A stretch of 64,000 nucleotides of DNA from Deltaproteobacteria bacterium (GTDB lineage Bacteria > Desulfobacterota > Binatia > JACPRU01). The notes below the pieces were generated by a model. That model saw nothing but the letters and a program-made list of their open reading frames with translations. It made no database searches and had not been told where the DNA came from. A program made the translations under genes and the position numbers. Each line of letters opens with the position of its first letter. The stretch's first letter is position 1. Location of the stretch: the NCBI GenBank assembly GCA_016189835.1, contig JACPRU010000051.1, forward strand, positions 944-64,943, in the 5' to 3' direction. This document shows positions 57,401-64,000 of this stretch, one piece after another.

Positions 57401-58727
57401 GGATGTACTTCGCATCCTGGCCGCCGATCTCGATGACCGACAGGTCCTCGCCGCGGCGCGCGTCGCAGCGCGTGGCGGCGGTCGCGTGCGCGACGATCTC
57501 GTTCAGCACGATGACGTGCTCGCTGTCGGGGTAGACGGCGCGCACCAGCGTCGCCACGGCCTCGCGGCCCGATCCCGTCACGCCGATGGCGCGCACGTCG
57601 GCGTCGGTCGTGTCGAGGATCGCGCGCACCAGGCGCCGCGCCGCATCGACCGGGTTGCCGCGCGTGCGGTCGTAGACGTCGAGCACGACCTCACCGGTTT
57701 CGACCGAGGTCAGTACCGCCTTGGCGCCGGTCGAGCCGAGGTCGAGCCCGAGCACGCTCGGCCGCGCGGCGGCCCCCGCGGGAACCGCCGCCGTCGGCAT
57801 GATCGTGACGCGCTCGCGCCAGCCGCTCGCCGGGCGCAGGGTCTCGAAACGGTCGCCGCCGGCGCGCACGAGCTCGGCGGGATCGGCCGGCAGCGGCGCG
57901 CGCGCCTCACCGCGAGCCTGCAACGCGGCGATGGCCGCAGCGCCCACCGCCTCGAAGCACTCGGCATGCGGCGGCATCTTGACCGGCGCGCCGAGCAGAT
58001 CCTCGAACGACCGCCGGAACGAAGCGATGCGCGCCGGGCCGCCGATCAGATAGACCGGCCCGTCGACGTGGTTGCGCGCCGCCAGCGCATAGGTGTTGCG
58101 CGCCACCGAACTGAAATAGCCCTTGAAGAGCTCGCCGGTCGGCTTACCCTGGTTGGCGAAGTGGGTCATCTCGGTCTTGGCGAACACCGAGCAGCGCGCC
58201 GTGATCGGGATGCCCTCGCCGGCCGCGAGCGCCTTGTCGTCGGCTTCGGCGACGCCGAGGCCGAAGCGATCGACGATCTTCTGGATGTTCTCGCCCGTGC
58301 CCGACGAGCACTTGTCGTTTTCGAGATACTGGTAGACGTACTTCGGGGCCGCGCCGCCGCGCCCGGCCACATCCCGCTTGCGGCTCAGCACACCGTAGCC
58401 GCGCGCACCGATGCTCACCAGATTGAGCGCGTCCTCGAGCTCGGGCGACAGCTCGAGCGCCGCTTCCTGGCACGAGTCCTCCGGCAGAACCAGCACCGGA
58501 TCGCGGAGTTCGTCGGCGTGGACCCCGGTCGCGGCGAGCACCGCGCACGAGGCGATCCCCTGCTCGCGGTACCATGCTCGAAAGAGTCCGATGGGATCGC
58601 CGTCGTGCGGCTGAGAGCGCGTGTGCTCGATCACGAGCGCGCCGTCCGCGCCCACTTGCGCGGCCACGAAGCGCGCCGATGCCTTGCCCAAATCGCAGCC
58701 CGCGATGCGCAATCCGTCGGCCTTCAC
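54417..58727 (-). CDS. fused HgdC-like double ATPase activase (BcrAD/BadFG) + HgdAB-like (2-hydroxyacyl-CoA dehydratase D-component) protein; PlsA/PlsR ('Ger')-type
   Basis: ORF 54417..58889(-). The start was recomputed to a GTG (ggagaagg SD) giving (M)[20 protein letters not shown]. The product has two BadF/BcrA-type ATPase modules (…[14 protein letters not shown]…) followed by HGD-D-like and DUF2229-like regions with conserved Cys. It is ~1436 aa. Confidence 0.75.
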   Translation of the reverse strand: MKADGLRIAGCDLGKASARFVAAQVGADGALVIEHTRSQPHDGDPIGLFRAWYREQGIASCAVLAATGVHADELRDPVLVLPEDSCQEAALELSPELEDALNLVSIGARGYGVLSRKRDVAGRGGAAPKYVYQYLENDKCSSGTGENIQKIVDRFGLGVAEADDKALAAGEGIPITARCSVFAKTEMTHFANQGKPTGELFKGYFSSVARNTYALAARNHVDGPVYLIGGPARIASFRRSFEDLLGAPVKMPPHAECFEAVGAAAIAALQARGEARAPLPADPAELVRAGGDRFETLRPASGWRERVTIMPTAAVPAGAAARPSVLGLDLGSTGAKAVLTSVETGEVVLDVYDRTRGNPVDAARRLVRAILDTTDADVRAIGVTGSGREAVATLVRAVYPDSEHVIVLNEIVAHATAATRCDARRGEDLSVIEIGGQDAKYIRVQGGRIVESDMNKACSAGTGSFLEEQANLYDVRDIDEFVALASRAQRPPDLGQMCTVFVADAAALAIKEGYTREDIFAGFQYSVIHNYINRVMGQRTLGERVFFQGKPAANPSLAWTLAAVTGREIVVPPNPGAMGAWGIGLCAGKQLGAAALLAAPRLDLAGLLAADITERSEFRCRDPQCQTLCPIERTTIQVRDVRHKAFSGGACPKFELPTKNQPKLAKEAPNPFEQRDALLESFVRPRPGAPVVAIPAISAVGPHVPWLATFADELGFAVRLLRSDGGSLAAGEQLCHSFDSCGPVKIALAVCDADVDLLLFPKIFRVADTKGKGGQTCVAEQAMPEMVEKSLLGRGKDVRVVRPRLSFRDGLAHPGLLAEMQRVAAELGADPALMEQAIARAAAAQARFEDGLERIGREALDYARRQAVPAVLLVGHIHVICDPAINAGIPYILRRNGAMAIPVDCFPVNEKIPRLHRAYWGDDNRSLRAALHARELRDVFPVLLASFGCGPSSFTEQIFQALMEGYPHTILESDGHGGEAGFVTRVQAFLQSVRQFIAEGGARALPENARTISYLDPGRGKPGGFLDPDARYVTLSMADNIGAAFAAVYRAYGYDAVAAPAHTESTRTCGKADCSGKECMGYQLIWGAFRDYLEKNPPTKETHLLAFNGQMCRAGVFDVKDKISLDKMGLYDLVSEQGMRFGADPPMSLFIWAGLSAVEILRQLYVYHLPVEPRAGASRALYEESIAALLAVIERPLADPADAQPEIAARADEIGAVLQEASRRFADMEAAWQGAKSFRRVFVAGETMTKGNDLANGGLLLRMSEQGLRLVLDPLTNFFEYLARRHPHLQFGRATPKAVADLMVSQQAELRGRYYREVRVLHPWLPQPAVEEAIAKAEELLDPDTIGGTTIEIGSALQAWDTGLYDGVAMVACWGCDNSLVTEGLLRHRKDIPFFFYYDDGTPLDERRVRSFCYRLHRNAGRAADPYREVPAPAVP

Positions 58728-58964
58728 GGTTCGACCTTCTCCGCTTCTACCCAGATATGCCCCGGCGCTTTCGCCGGTCAAGCATCTGCCCGGCACGCCG
58801 AGCCGCTGCTCGACGCTCTCCAGCCCGGTCGCCCGCGCACCGAGCACCCTGCTCCCGTCCCGGCCCTGCTTCATCGGCCGGCCCGACACGTCGACGATCG
58901 GCCGTTCAGCGATCGTCAGCCGGCATGCGATTCGCCTCGGCCACCGCGGCCGACCGGGCGGCGC

Positions 58965-60146
58965 TCACGCGCCGTCCCTCAACAGCTCCTCGGCGATGAT
59001 CAACTTGCGGACCTCGGTCGTGCCGGCGCCGATCTCGAGGAGCTTGATCGTCCGGTACAATCGGTTGATCTCGGATTCCCAGATGTAGCCGATGCCACCG
59101 TGGATCTGCAGAGCGTGGTCGAGCACCGCGTTGAGGCCGTTCGCGGCGTACAGGACGGTCGCCGCCGTCAGCTTGTGGATCGCGCCGCGACCGCCGCCGC
59201 CGATCTCCAGCTGGTTGCAGGCGGCGAGGCAGCGGAAGTTGAGCGCGCGCATCGCTTCGATCAGCGTGTACATGTCGGCGAGGCGCGACTGCACCATCTG
59301 GAAGCTCGCGATCGGTTTGCCGAACTGCTCGCGGGTCTTGGCATGCTCGAGCGCCAGCGCGAGCGCGCGCTCGGCGATGCCGACGCCGAGCGGCGCCACC
59401 ATCGCCCGCTCGAGATCGAGACCGCTCATCACCACGCGGTGGCCCTGGTTCTCCAGGCCGATCCGGTTGCGCGCCGGCACGCGACATTCGTCGAATACCA
59501 GCTCCCCGGTCGGGCTGCCGCGGAAGCCCATCTTCTCGAGCTTCTGCGCCACCGCGAACCCCGGGGTGTCGGTCTCGACGGCGAAGGCCGAGATGCCGTG
59601 CGCGCCCGCCGCCAGATCGGTCTTGGCGTAGACCAGCGCCAGGTCGGCCACCGGGCCGTTGGTGATGAACAGCTTCCGTCCGTTCAGCACGTAATCGTCG
59701 CCGTCGCGGCGCGCCGTCGTGCGCATGCTGCCGAGCGCGTCGGAGCCCGCCCCCGGCTCGGTCAGGCCGAGACAGCCGATCGACGAGCCGGTGCAGAGCC
59801 CGGGCACGAAGCGCCGGCGCTGCTCGTCGTCGCCGTTGCGCAGGATGTTGTTCAGGCAGAGGTTCTCGTGCGCGACCCACGACATCGCCAGCGCCGGATT
59901 CCAGCGCGCGAACGCCTGCGCGACGAGGCCGCTGGAGAACAGGTCGAGGCCCGCGCCGCCGAATTCGGCCGGAGCCGTGATGCCGAGATATCCGGCCTCG
60001 CCGAGCGCGCGGAACTCCACGTCCGGCCACCACTCCTCTGCGTCCATGCGCGCCGCCAGCGGATACAGGCGCTCGCGCGCGTAGCGGTCCGCGGCGTCGA
60101 GAATTTCTCGCTGCTCCCCGCCGAGATCGAAGCAAACTGGATTCAC
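58965..60146 (-). CDS. acyl-CoA dehydrogenase
   Basis: The 393-aa product has the ACAD N/M/C domains (GCLGLTEPGAGSD, catalytic-base region YIWESEINRLYR). Confidence 0.9.
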   Translation of the reverse strand: MNPVCFDLGGEQREILDAADRYARERLYPLAARMDAEEWWPDVEFRALGEAGYLGITAPAEFGGAGLDLFSSGLVAQAFARWNPALAMSWVAHENLCLNNILRNGDDEQRRRFVPGLCTGSSIGCLGLTEPGAGSDALGSMRTTARRDGDDYVLNGRKLFITNGPVADLALVYAKTDLAAGAHGISAFAVETDTPGFAVAQKLEKMGFRGSPTGELVFDECRVPARNRIGLENQGHRVVMSGLDLERAMVAPLGVGIAERALALALEHAKTREQFGKPIASFQMVQSRLADMYTLIEAMRALNFRCLAACNQLEIGGGGRGAIHKLTAATVLYAANGLNAVLDHALQIHGGIGYIWESEINRLYRTIKLLEIGAGTTEVRKLIIAEELLRDGA

Positions 60147-60273
60147 CGAACCTCCCCGCGACGGTGACGACGCCTCGATGCATCCCTAAACAACCCGCAG
60201 ACCGCGAAGTCAAGCAACGTCTCCGGATCGGCCGCGGCCGTTTGACTCGCGCGGCGAAATGTAGTGAATCCCG

Positions 60274-60285
60274 CTCACCAGTGAG
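60274..60285. promoter_or_regulatory. candidate TetR operator palindrome CTCAC-CA-GTGAG in the divergent ACAD/TetR intergenic region
   Basis: It is a perfect 5-nt inverted repeat with a 2-nt spacer, ~90 nt upstream of the tetR start. Confidence 0.2.
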
Positions 60286-60373
60286 ACCGCTCGCGCGTCC
60301 GCCCCGCCCGCCCACCGCCCGCGCCCAGCGCAGCCGGCGCGCCGGCTCGCGCCGCCGACCGAAAGCCGAGCGC

Positions 60374-61033
60374 GTGCGCGAGATCCTCGCCGCGGCGCGG
60401 ACGGTCTTCTCCGAGCGCGGCTACGAGGCTGCCGCCATCACCGAGATCGCCCGCCGCGCGGGGGTCGTCGAGGGCACGATCTACAAGCATTTCGACAGCA
60501 AGCGCGATCTCCTCCATCGGGTCGTGCGCGACTTCTACGAGGCGCTGATCGACGACGTCGACGCCGGAATCCGCGGCATTCGCGGTGCCGCCAACCGCCT
60601 GCGCTTCCTCATCGGCCGCCACCTCCAGGCGTTCAGCGCCGACCGCGGCCTGTGCCGGCTGCTGATCCGCGAGATCCGGCCCGACGGAGAGCTGTACGAT
60701 TCCTCGATCGAGAACCTCGGCCGCCGTTACACCCGTGCCGCTTCCCAGGCGCTGCAGGACGGAATCGACAGCGGCGAGCTCCGCGACGACATCGAGCCGG
60801 CGATGGTTCGGCACATGATCTACGGAGCGGTGGAGCACGTGGTGTGGCGCTTCGTGTTTCGCGGCGGCCGCCTCGACGTCGATCGCGTCGCCGACGAGCT
60901 CACGCGCGCCGTCTTGCACGGCATCGTCCCGCAGGCGTCCCCGTCCGGCGCGGTCGAGCGTCTCGAGGCGCGCATCGCCGGGCTCGAGCGCCGCTTCGGC
61001 CGCGGCCGGCCGCGCCGCACGGAGCGCGCGTGA
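60374..61033 (+). CDS. TetR/AcrR-family transcriptional regulator
   Basis: ORF 60164..61033(+) has the HTH ITEIARRAGVVEGTIYKHFDSKRDLL. The start is uncertain and was set at the GTG giving MREILAAART. Its stop overlaps the BC start (GTGA). Confidence 0.7.
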   Translation: MREILAAARTVFSERGYEAAAITEIARRAGVVEGTIYKHFDSKRDLLHRVVRDFYEALIDDVDAGIRGIRGAANRLRFLIGRHLQAFSADRGLCRLLIREIRPDGELYDSSIENLGRRYTRAASQALQDGIDSGELRDDIEPAMVRHMIYGAVEHVVWRFVFRGGRLDVDRVADELTRAVLHGIVPQASPSGAVERLEARIAGLERRFGRGRPRRTERA

Positions 61034-62490
61034 AGAAGGTGCTGATCGCCAACCGCGGCGAGATCGCGGTGCGCATCCTGCGTACGCTGCGCACGATGGG
61101 TCTGGAGAGCGTGGTGGTCCATCACGCGGCCGACGCGGCGAGCCTGGCCGTGCGCGAGGCCGACGAGGCCCGCGAGATCGCCGCGGCGACGCCGGTCGCC
61201 GCCTACCTCGACGTCGCGGCGATCCTCGCTGCGGCGCGCTCGAGCGGCGCCGACGCGATCCATCCCGGCTACGGGTTCCTCGCCGAGAACGCCGACTTCG
61301 CCGAGGCGGTGGAGCGCGCGGGGCTGACGTTCGTCGGCCCCCCGCCGCGGGTCATCCGCCTGCTCGGCGACAAGATCCACGCCCGCGAGCGCGTCGCCCG
61401 GGCCGGCTTCCCGATCACGCCGTCGGCGACCGATTCGAGCGACCGGACCGCGTTCCTGCGCGCCGCCCGGGAGGTCGGCTTCCCGCTGCTCGTCAAGGCC
61501 GCCGCGGGCGGCGGCGGCCGCGGCATGCGCATCGTGCGCTCGCCGGACGCGCTCGAGGCCGAGCTCGAGACCGCACGCCGCGAGGCCGAGCGCAGCTTCC
61601 AGGACGGCCGCGTCTACGTCGAGCGTTACGTCGAGCGGCCGCGCCACATCGAGGTACAGATCCTATCCGACGCGCACGGCAACCACCTCCACCTCGGCGA
61701 GCGCGAGTGCTCGGTGCAGCGCCGCTTCCAGAAGATCATCGAGGAGGCGCCCGCGCCCGTGCTGACCGCCGCGCAGCGCCGTCGCCTCTGCGAGGCGGCG
61801 GTCGGCATCGCGCGCGCCGTCGGGTACCGCAACGCCGGCACCGTGGAATTCCTCTTCGCGCCCTCCGGGGAGTTCTACTTCCTCGAGGTCAACACCCGGC
61901 TGCAGGTCGAGCATCCGGTGACCGAGATGGTGACCGGCATCGACCTGGTCGCCGAGCAGCTGCGCGCCGCCATGGGCGAGCCGCTGTCGCTGCGCCAGGA
62001 AGACGTGGTCGCGCGCGGCCATGCGCTGGAAGTCCGCCTGTGCGCCGAGGACCCCGGCAGCGGCCACACGCCGACCACCGGCGAGGTGGCGCTGCTGCGC
62101 GCGCCCGGCGGCCCCGGCGTGCGCTTCGACGGCGGGCTGTGCGAGGGACAGGCGGTGACGACGTCGTTCGATTCGATGCTCGCCAAGCTGATCGCCCACG
62201 GCGCCGACCGCGCGCAGGCGATCGCCCGCATGCGCCAGGCGCTGCGCGATCTGGTGCTGCTCGGGGTCGCGCACAACGGCGCCTATCTCGAGCGCGTGCT
62301 CGGGCACCCCGCGTTCGCGAGCGCCGACCTGCACACCCATTTTCTCGAGCAGCACGCCGCCGACCTCGCGCTGCCCGGCGCCGCCGGCCCGGACCTGGTC
62401 ACGCTGCTCGCCGCCGCGGTGCTGGTCGACCCGAGCGCCGGCGCCGACGTTCCCGAACCCTACGCGTCGATGGGCGAGTGGAGGAACTGA
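61030..62490 (+). CDS. biotin carboxylase subunit of an acyl-CoA carboxylase (no fused BCCP)
   Basis: ORF 60652..62490(+). The GTG start gives (M)KKVLIANRGEIAVRILRTLR, with an ATP-grasp domain (EVNTRLQVEHPVTE). Confidence 0.85.
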   Translation: MKKVLIANRGEIAVRILRTLRTMGLESVVVHHAADAASLAVREADEAREIAAATPVAAYLDVAAILAAARSSGADAIHPGYGFLAENADFAEAVERAGLTFVGPPPRVIRLLGDKIHARERVARAGFPITPSATDSSDRTAFLRAAREVGFPLLVKAAAGGGGRGMRIVRSPDALEAELETARREAERSFQDGRVYVERYVERPRHIEVQILSDAHGNHLHLGERECSVQRRFQKIIEEAPAPVLTAAQRRRLCEAAVGIARAVGYRNAGTVEFLFAPSGEFYFLEVNTRLQVEHPVTEMVTGIDLVAEQLRAAMGEPLSLRQEDVVARGHALEVRLCAEDPGSGHTPTTGEVALLRAPGGPGVRFDGGLCEGQAVTTSFDSMLAKLIAHGADRAQAIARMRQALRDLVLLGVAHNGAYLERVLGHPAFASADLHTHFLEQHAADLALPGAAGPDLVTLLAAAVLVDPSAGADVPEPYASMGEWRN

Positions 62491-62494
62491 GCCC

Positions 62495-62995
62495 ATGAGG
62501 CGCATCCTGCGGGTCGCCGACCAGCGCCACGAGGTCCTCGTGCTGCCGAGCCGCGAAGGCCGCCGGCTGCTGCTCGGCCGGGACGTCCATCCGGCGTCGC
62601 TGCGCGCGCTCGGCGGCGGCGAGTACCGGCTGGAGGTCGACGGCATGGCGCACCGCGCCTGGATCGCCGTGCGTGGCGACGCCATCCACGTACACGTCGG
62701 CGGGCGCTCCTGGACCGTCGAGTGCGTCGACGAACTGGCCGAGACCGCCGCCGCGTCCGGCGGCGCGTCCGACACCGCCGAGGCGCCGATGCCCGGCACG
62801 GTGGTCCGCGTGATGGTCGAGACCGGCCACGCCGTGAGGCGGGGCCAGACGCTGGTCGTCATCGAGAGCATGAAGATGGAGACGGCGATCGTCGCCTGGC
62901 GCGACGGCGTCGTCGCCGCCGTCCACCGGCCGCTCGGCTCGACGTTCGATCGCCGGGCGCCGCTCGTCTCGCTCGAGCCCGAGCCTTCGTCCTGA
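62495..62995 (+). CDS. biotin carboxyl carrier (biotinyl-domain) protein
   Basis: The 166-aa product has a C-terminal biotinyl domain with the attachment motif ESMKME. Confidence 0.8.
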   Translation: MRRILRVADQRHEVLVLPSREGRRLLLGRDVHPASLRALGGGEYRLEVDGMAHRAWIAVRGDAIHVHVGGRSWTVECVDELAETAAASGGASDTAEAPMPGTVVRVMVETGHAVRRGQTLVVIESMKMETAIVAWRDGVVAAVHRPLGSTFDRRAPLVSLEPEPSS

Positions 62996-63007
62996 CGCGA
63001 GGCCCCG

Positions 63008-64000
63008 ATGCGCCGCATCCAGTCCAACGTCGACACCCGCTCCGAGACCTTCCTCGAGAACCAGCGGCACAACCGGCGGCTGATCGACGAATTGCGCCGC
63101 CGTCAGGAAGAGGTGCGGTTTCGCCGGCCGCAGCGCGACATCGATCGGCTGACGCGCCAGAAGAAGCTCCTGGTCCGCGACCGCCTGTCGCTGCTGCTCG
63201 ATCCCGGCACGCCGTTCCTCGAGCTGTCCACGCTGGCCGCCAACATGGCCTACGACGGCGAGGTGCCGGGCGCCGGTCAAGTGACCGGCATCGGCATGGT
63301 CGCGGGCCGCGAGGTGGTGATCCGCGCCGACGACGCCTCGGTCAAGGGCGGCGCCTGGTACCCGCTGTCGGTCAAGAAGATCGTCCGCGCCCTCGACATC
63401 GCCATCGAGAACCGCCTGCCGGTCGTGCACATCTGCGACAGTGCCGGCGGCTTCCTGCCGCTGCAGGCCGACCTGTTCGCCGACCGCTATTACGCGGGGC
63501 GGATGTTCCGCAACCAGTGCGCGCTGTCGAAGATGGGCGTGCCGCAGGTGGCGATCGTCGTCGGCCATTGCACGGCGGGCGGCGCGTACATTCCCGCCCT
63601 CAGCGAATACTCCGTGATCGTCCGCGGCACGGGCGCCATCTTCCTCGGCGGGCCGCCGCTGGTGAAGGCGGCGACCGGCGAGGTGGTGACCGCCGACGAG
63701 CTCGGCGGCTGCGACCTGCACACCCAGGTGAGCGGTACGGCGGACTACCCCGCCGCCTCGGAGCCGGAAGCGATCGCCATCGCCCGCGACGTCGTCGCGC
63801 AGCTCCGCCGCCCCACCAAGACCGACATCGACACCGCGGATGCCGAGCCGCCGGCCTACGATCCCGAGGAGCTCTACGGGATCGTTCCGAGAGAGGTCAA
63901 AGTGCAGTTCGACATGCGGGAGATCATCGCGCGCCTGGTCGACGGCAGCCGCTTTCACGAGTACCAGCCGGCCTACGGCACCACGCTGGTCTGCGGCTTC
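63008..64000 (+). CDS. acyl-CoA carboxylase carboxyltransferase (beta) subunit (methylcrotonyl/geranyl/propionyl-CoA carboxylase type); runs off window end
   Basis: My own translation from the atg at 63008 gives MRRIQSNVDTRSETFLENQRHNRRLIDELRRRQEEV...ICDSAGGFLPLQ...GHCTAGGAYIPALSEY, an MCC-beta/PCC-beta N-terminal CT domain. No stop occurs within the window. Confidence 0.85.
   Translation, partial: MRRIQSNVDTRSETFLENQRHNRRLIDELRRRQEEVRFRRPQRDIDRLTRQKKLLVRDRLSLLLDPGTPFLELSTLAANMAYDGEVPGAGQVTGIGMVAGREVVIRADDASVKGGAWYPLSVKKIVRALDIAIENRLPVVHICDSAGGFLPLQADLFADRYYAGRMFRNQCALSKMGVPQVAIVVGHCTAGGAYIPALSEYSVIVRGTGAIFLGGPPLVKAATGEVVTADELGGCDLHTQVSGTADYPAASEPEAIAIARDVVAQLRRPTKTDIDTADAEPPAYDPEELYGIVPREVKVQFDMREIIARLVDGSRFHEYQPAYGTTLVCGF

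Noticed and set aside
58727-58889. N-terminal 54-aa extension of the dehydratase-fusion ORF ([28 protein letters not shown]...)
   Set aside because: It has no family resemblance and is Arg/Gly-rich. A GTG with a good GGAGAAGG Shine-Dalgarno sits exactly where the first ATPase module's conserved N-terminus ([13 protein letters not shown]) begins, so the shorter start is preferred.
1-64000. Search for tRNA/rRNA genes, CRISPR arrays, transposases, integrases, reverse transcriptases, toxin-antitoxin pairs or restriction-modification genes
   Set aside because: No short direct-repeat/spacer array, no T-loop-like GGTTCGAATCC-type motifs in ORF-free gaps, and no ORF resembling these families were found by eye. 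The window looks like core or metabolic chromosome rather than a mobile or defence island.

Overview
This is a high-GC (~70%) bacterial chromosomal segment, probably Gram-negative given the TolC, TolB-like and secDF genes. It is densely coding on both strands, and because stop codons are rare at this GC content, most long ORFs in the supplied six-frame track are antisense or shadow artefacts. I called about 58 genes by recognising protein families in the translations and by recomputing start codons myself. Coordinates derived by arithmetic from ORF-track ends may be off by ±1.

The window divides into five parts:

- **1–6 kb, housekeeping.** recJ (partial), then secF-secD-yajC-tgt-queA translationally coupled on the minus strand.
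- **6.8–11.2 kb, inositol/lipid locus.** A family-4 UDG; a secreted Zn-phospholipase-C-like protein; and a minus-strand operon ino1 (myo-inositol-1-phosphate synthase) – flippase-like UPF0104 membrane protein – coaBC.
- **11.3–24 kb, mixed metabolism.** Mrp/ApbC, a polyprenyl synthase, moaA, a 4HBT thioesterase, two tandem CaiB/BaiF CoA-transferases, a CaCA exchanger, HU, a second flippase-like protein divergent from a cobalamin-binding radical-SAM enzyme, pcm, OsmC, and a FabV/TER-like enoyl reductase.
- **24–48 kb, regulators, efflux and envelope.** A large zinc-ribbon–adenylate-cyclase–AAA–TPR regulator; acs; a GT2 glycosyltransferase preceded by an esterase remnant; nth; a NarL-type response regulator next to a decayed histidine-kinase/SDR pseudogene; a MoxR–VWA pair; a TolC–MacA–MacB efflux operon; an LLM oxidoreductase; a TolB-like propeller / M48 protease / lipoprotein / HEAT-repeat envelope block; and an amidase.
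- **48–64 kb, acyl-CoA block.** A RhaEW-like aldolase-SDR plus a class I aldolase; a minus-strand operon of acyl-CoA dehydrogenase – a 1436-aa fused HgdC-like double activase + HgdAB-like dehydratase (PlsA/PlsR 'Ger'-type) – a SAM methyltransferase; and divergently a TetR regulator and a split acyl-CoA carboxylase (BC, BCCP, CT; CT runs off the window end).

The most interesting candidates are:

1. The PlsAR/Ger-like fusion enzyme in its acyl-CoA context, a candidate ether-lipid (plasmalogen or alkyl-ether) synthase or a new radical dehydratase.
2. The B12-radical-SAM / flippase-like pair and the ino1–flippase-like–coaBC operon. Together with the first item these give the window a membrane-lipid-remodelling theme.
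3. A ~90-nt structured intergenic element present twice, 29 kb apart, with three substitutions.
4. A decayed kinase/SDR locus and a 12-G homopolymer inside the MacB permease gene.

No tRNA, rRNA, CRISPR array, transposase or integrase was recognised.
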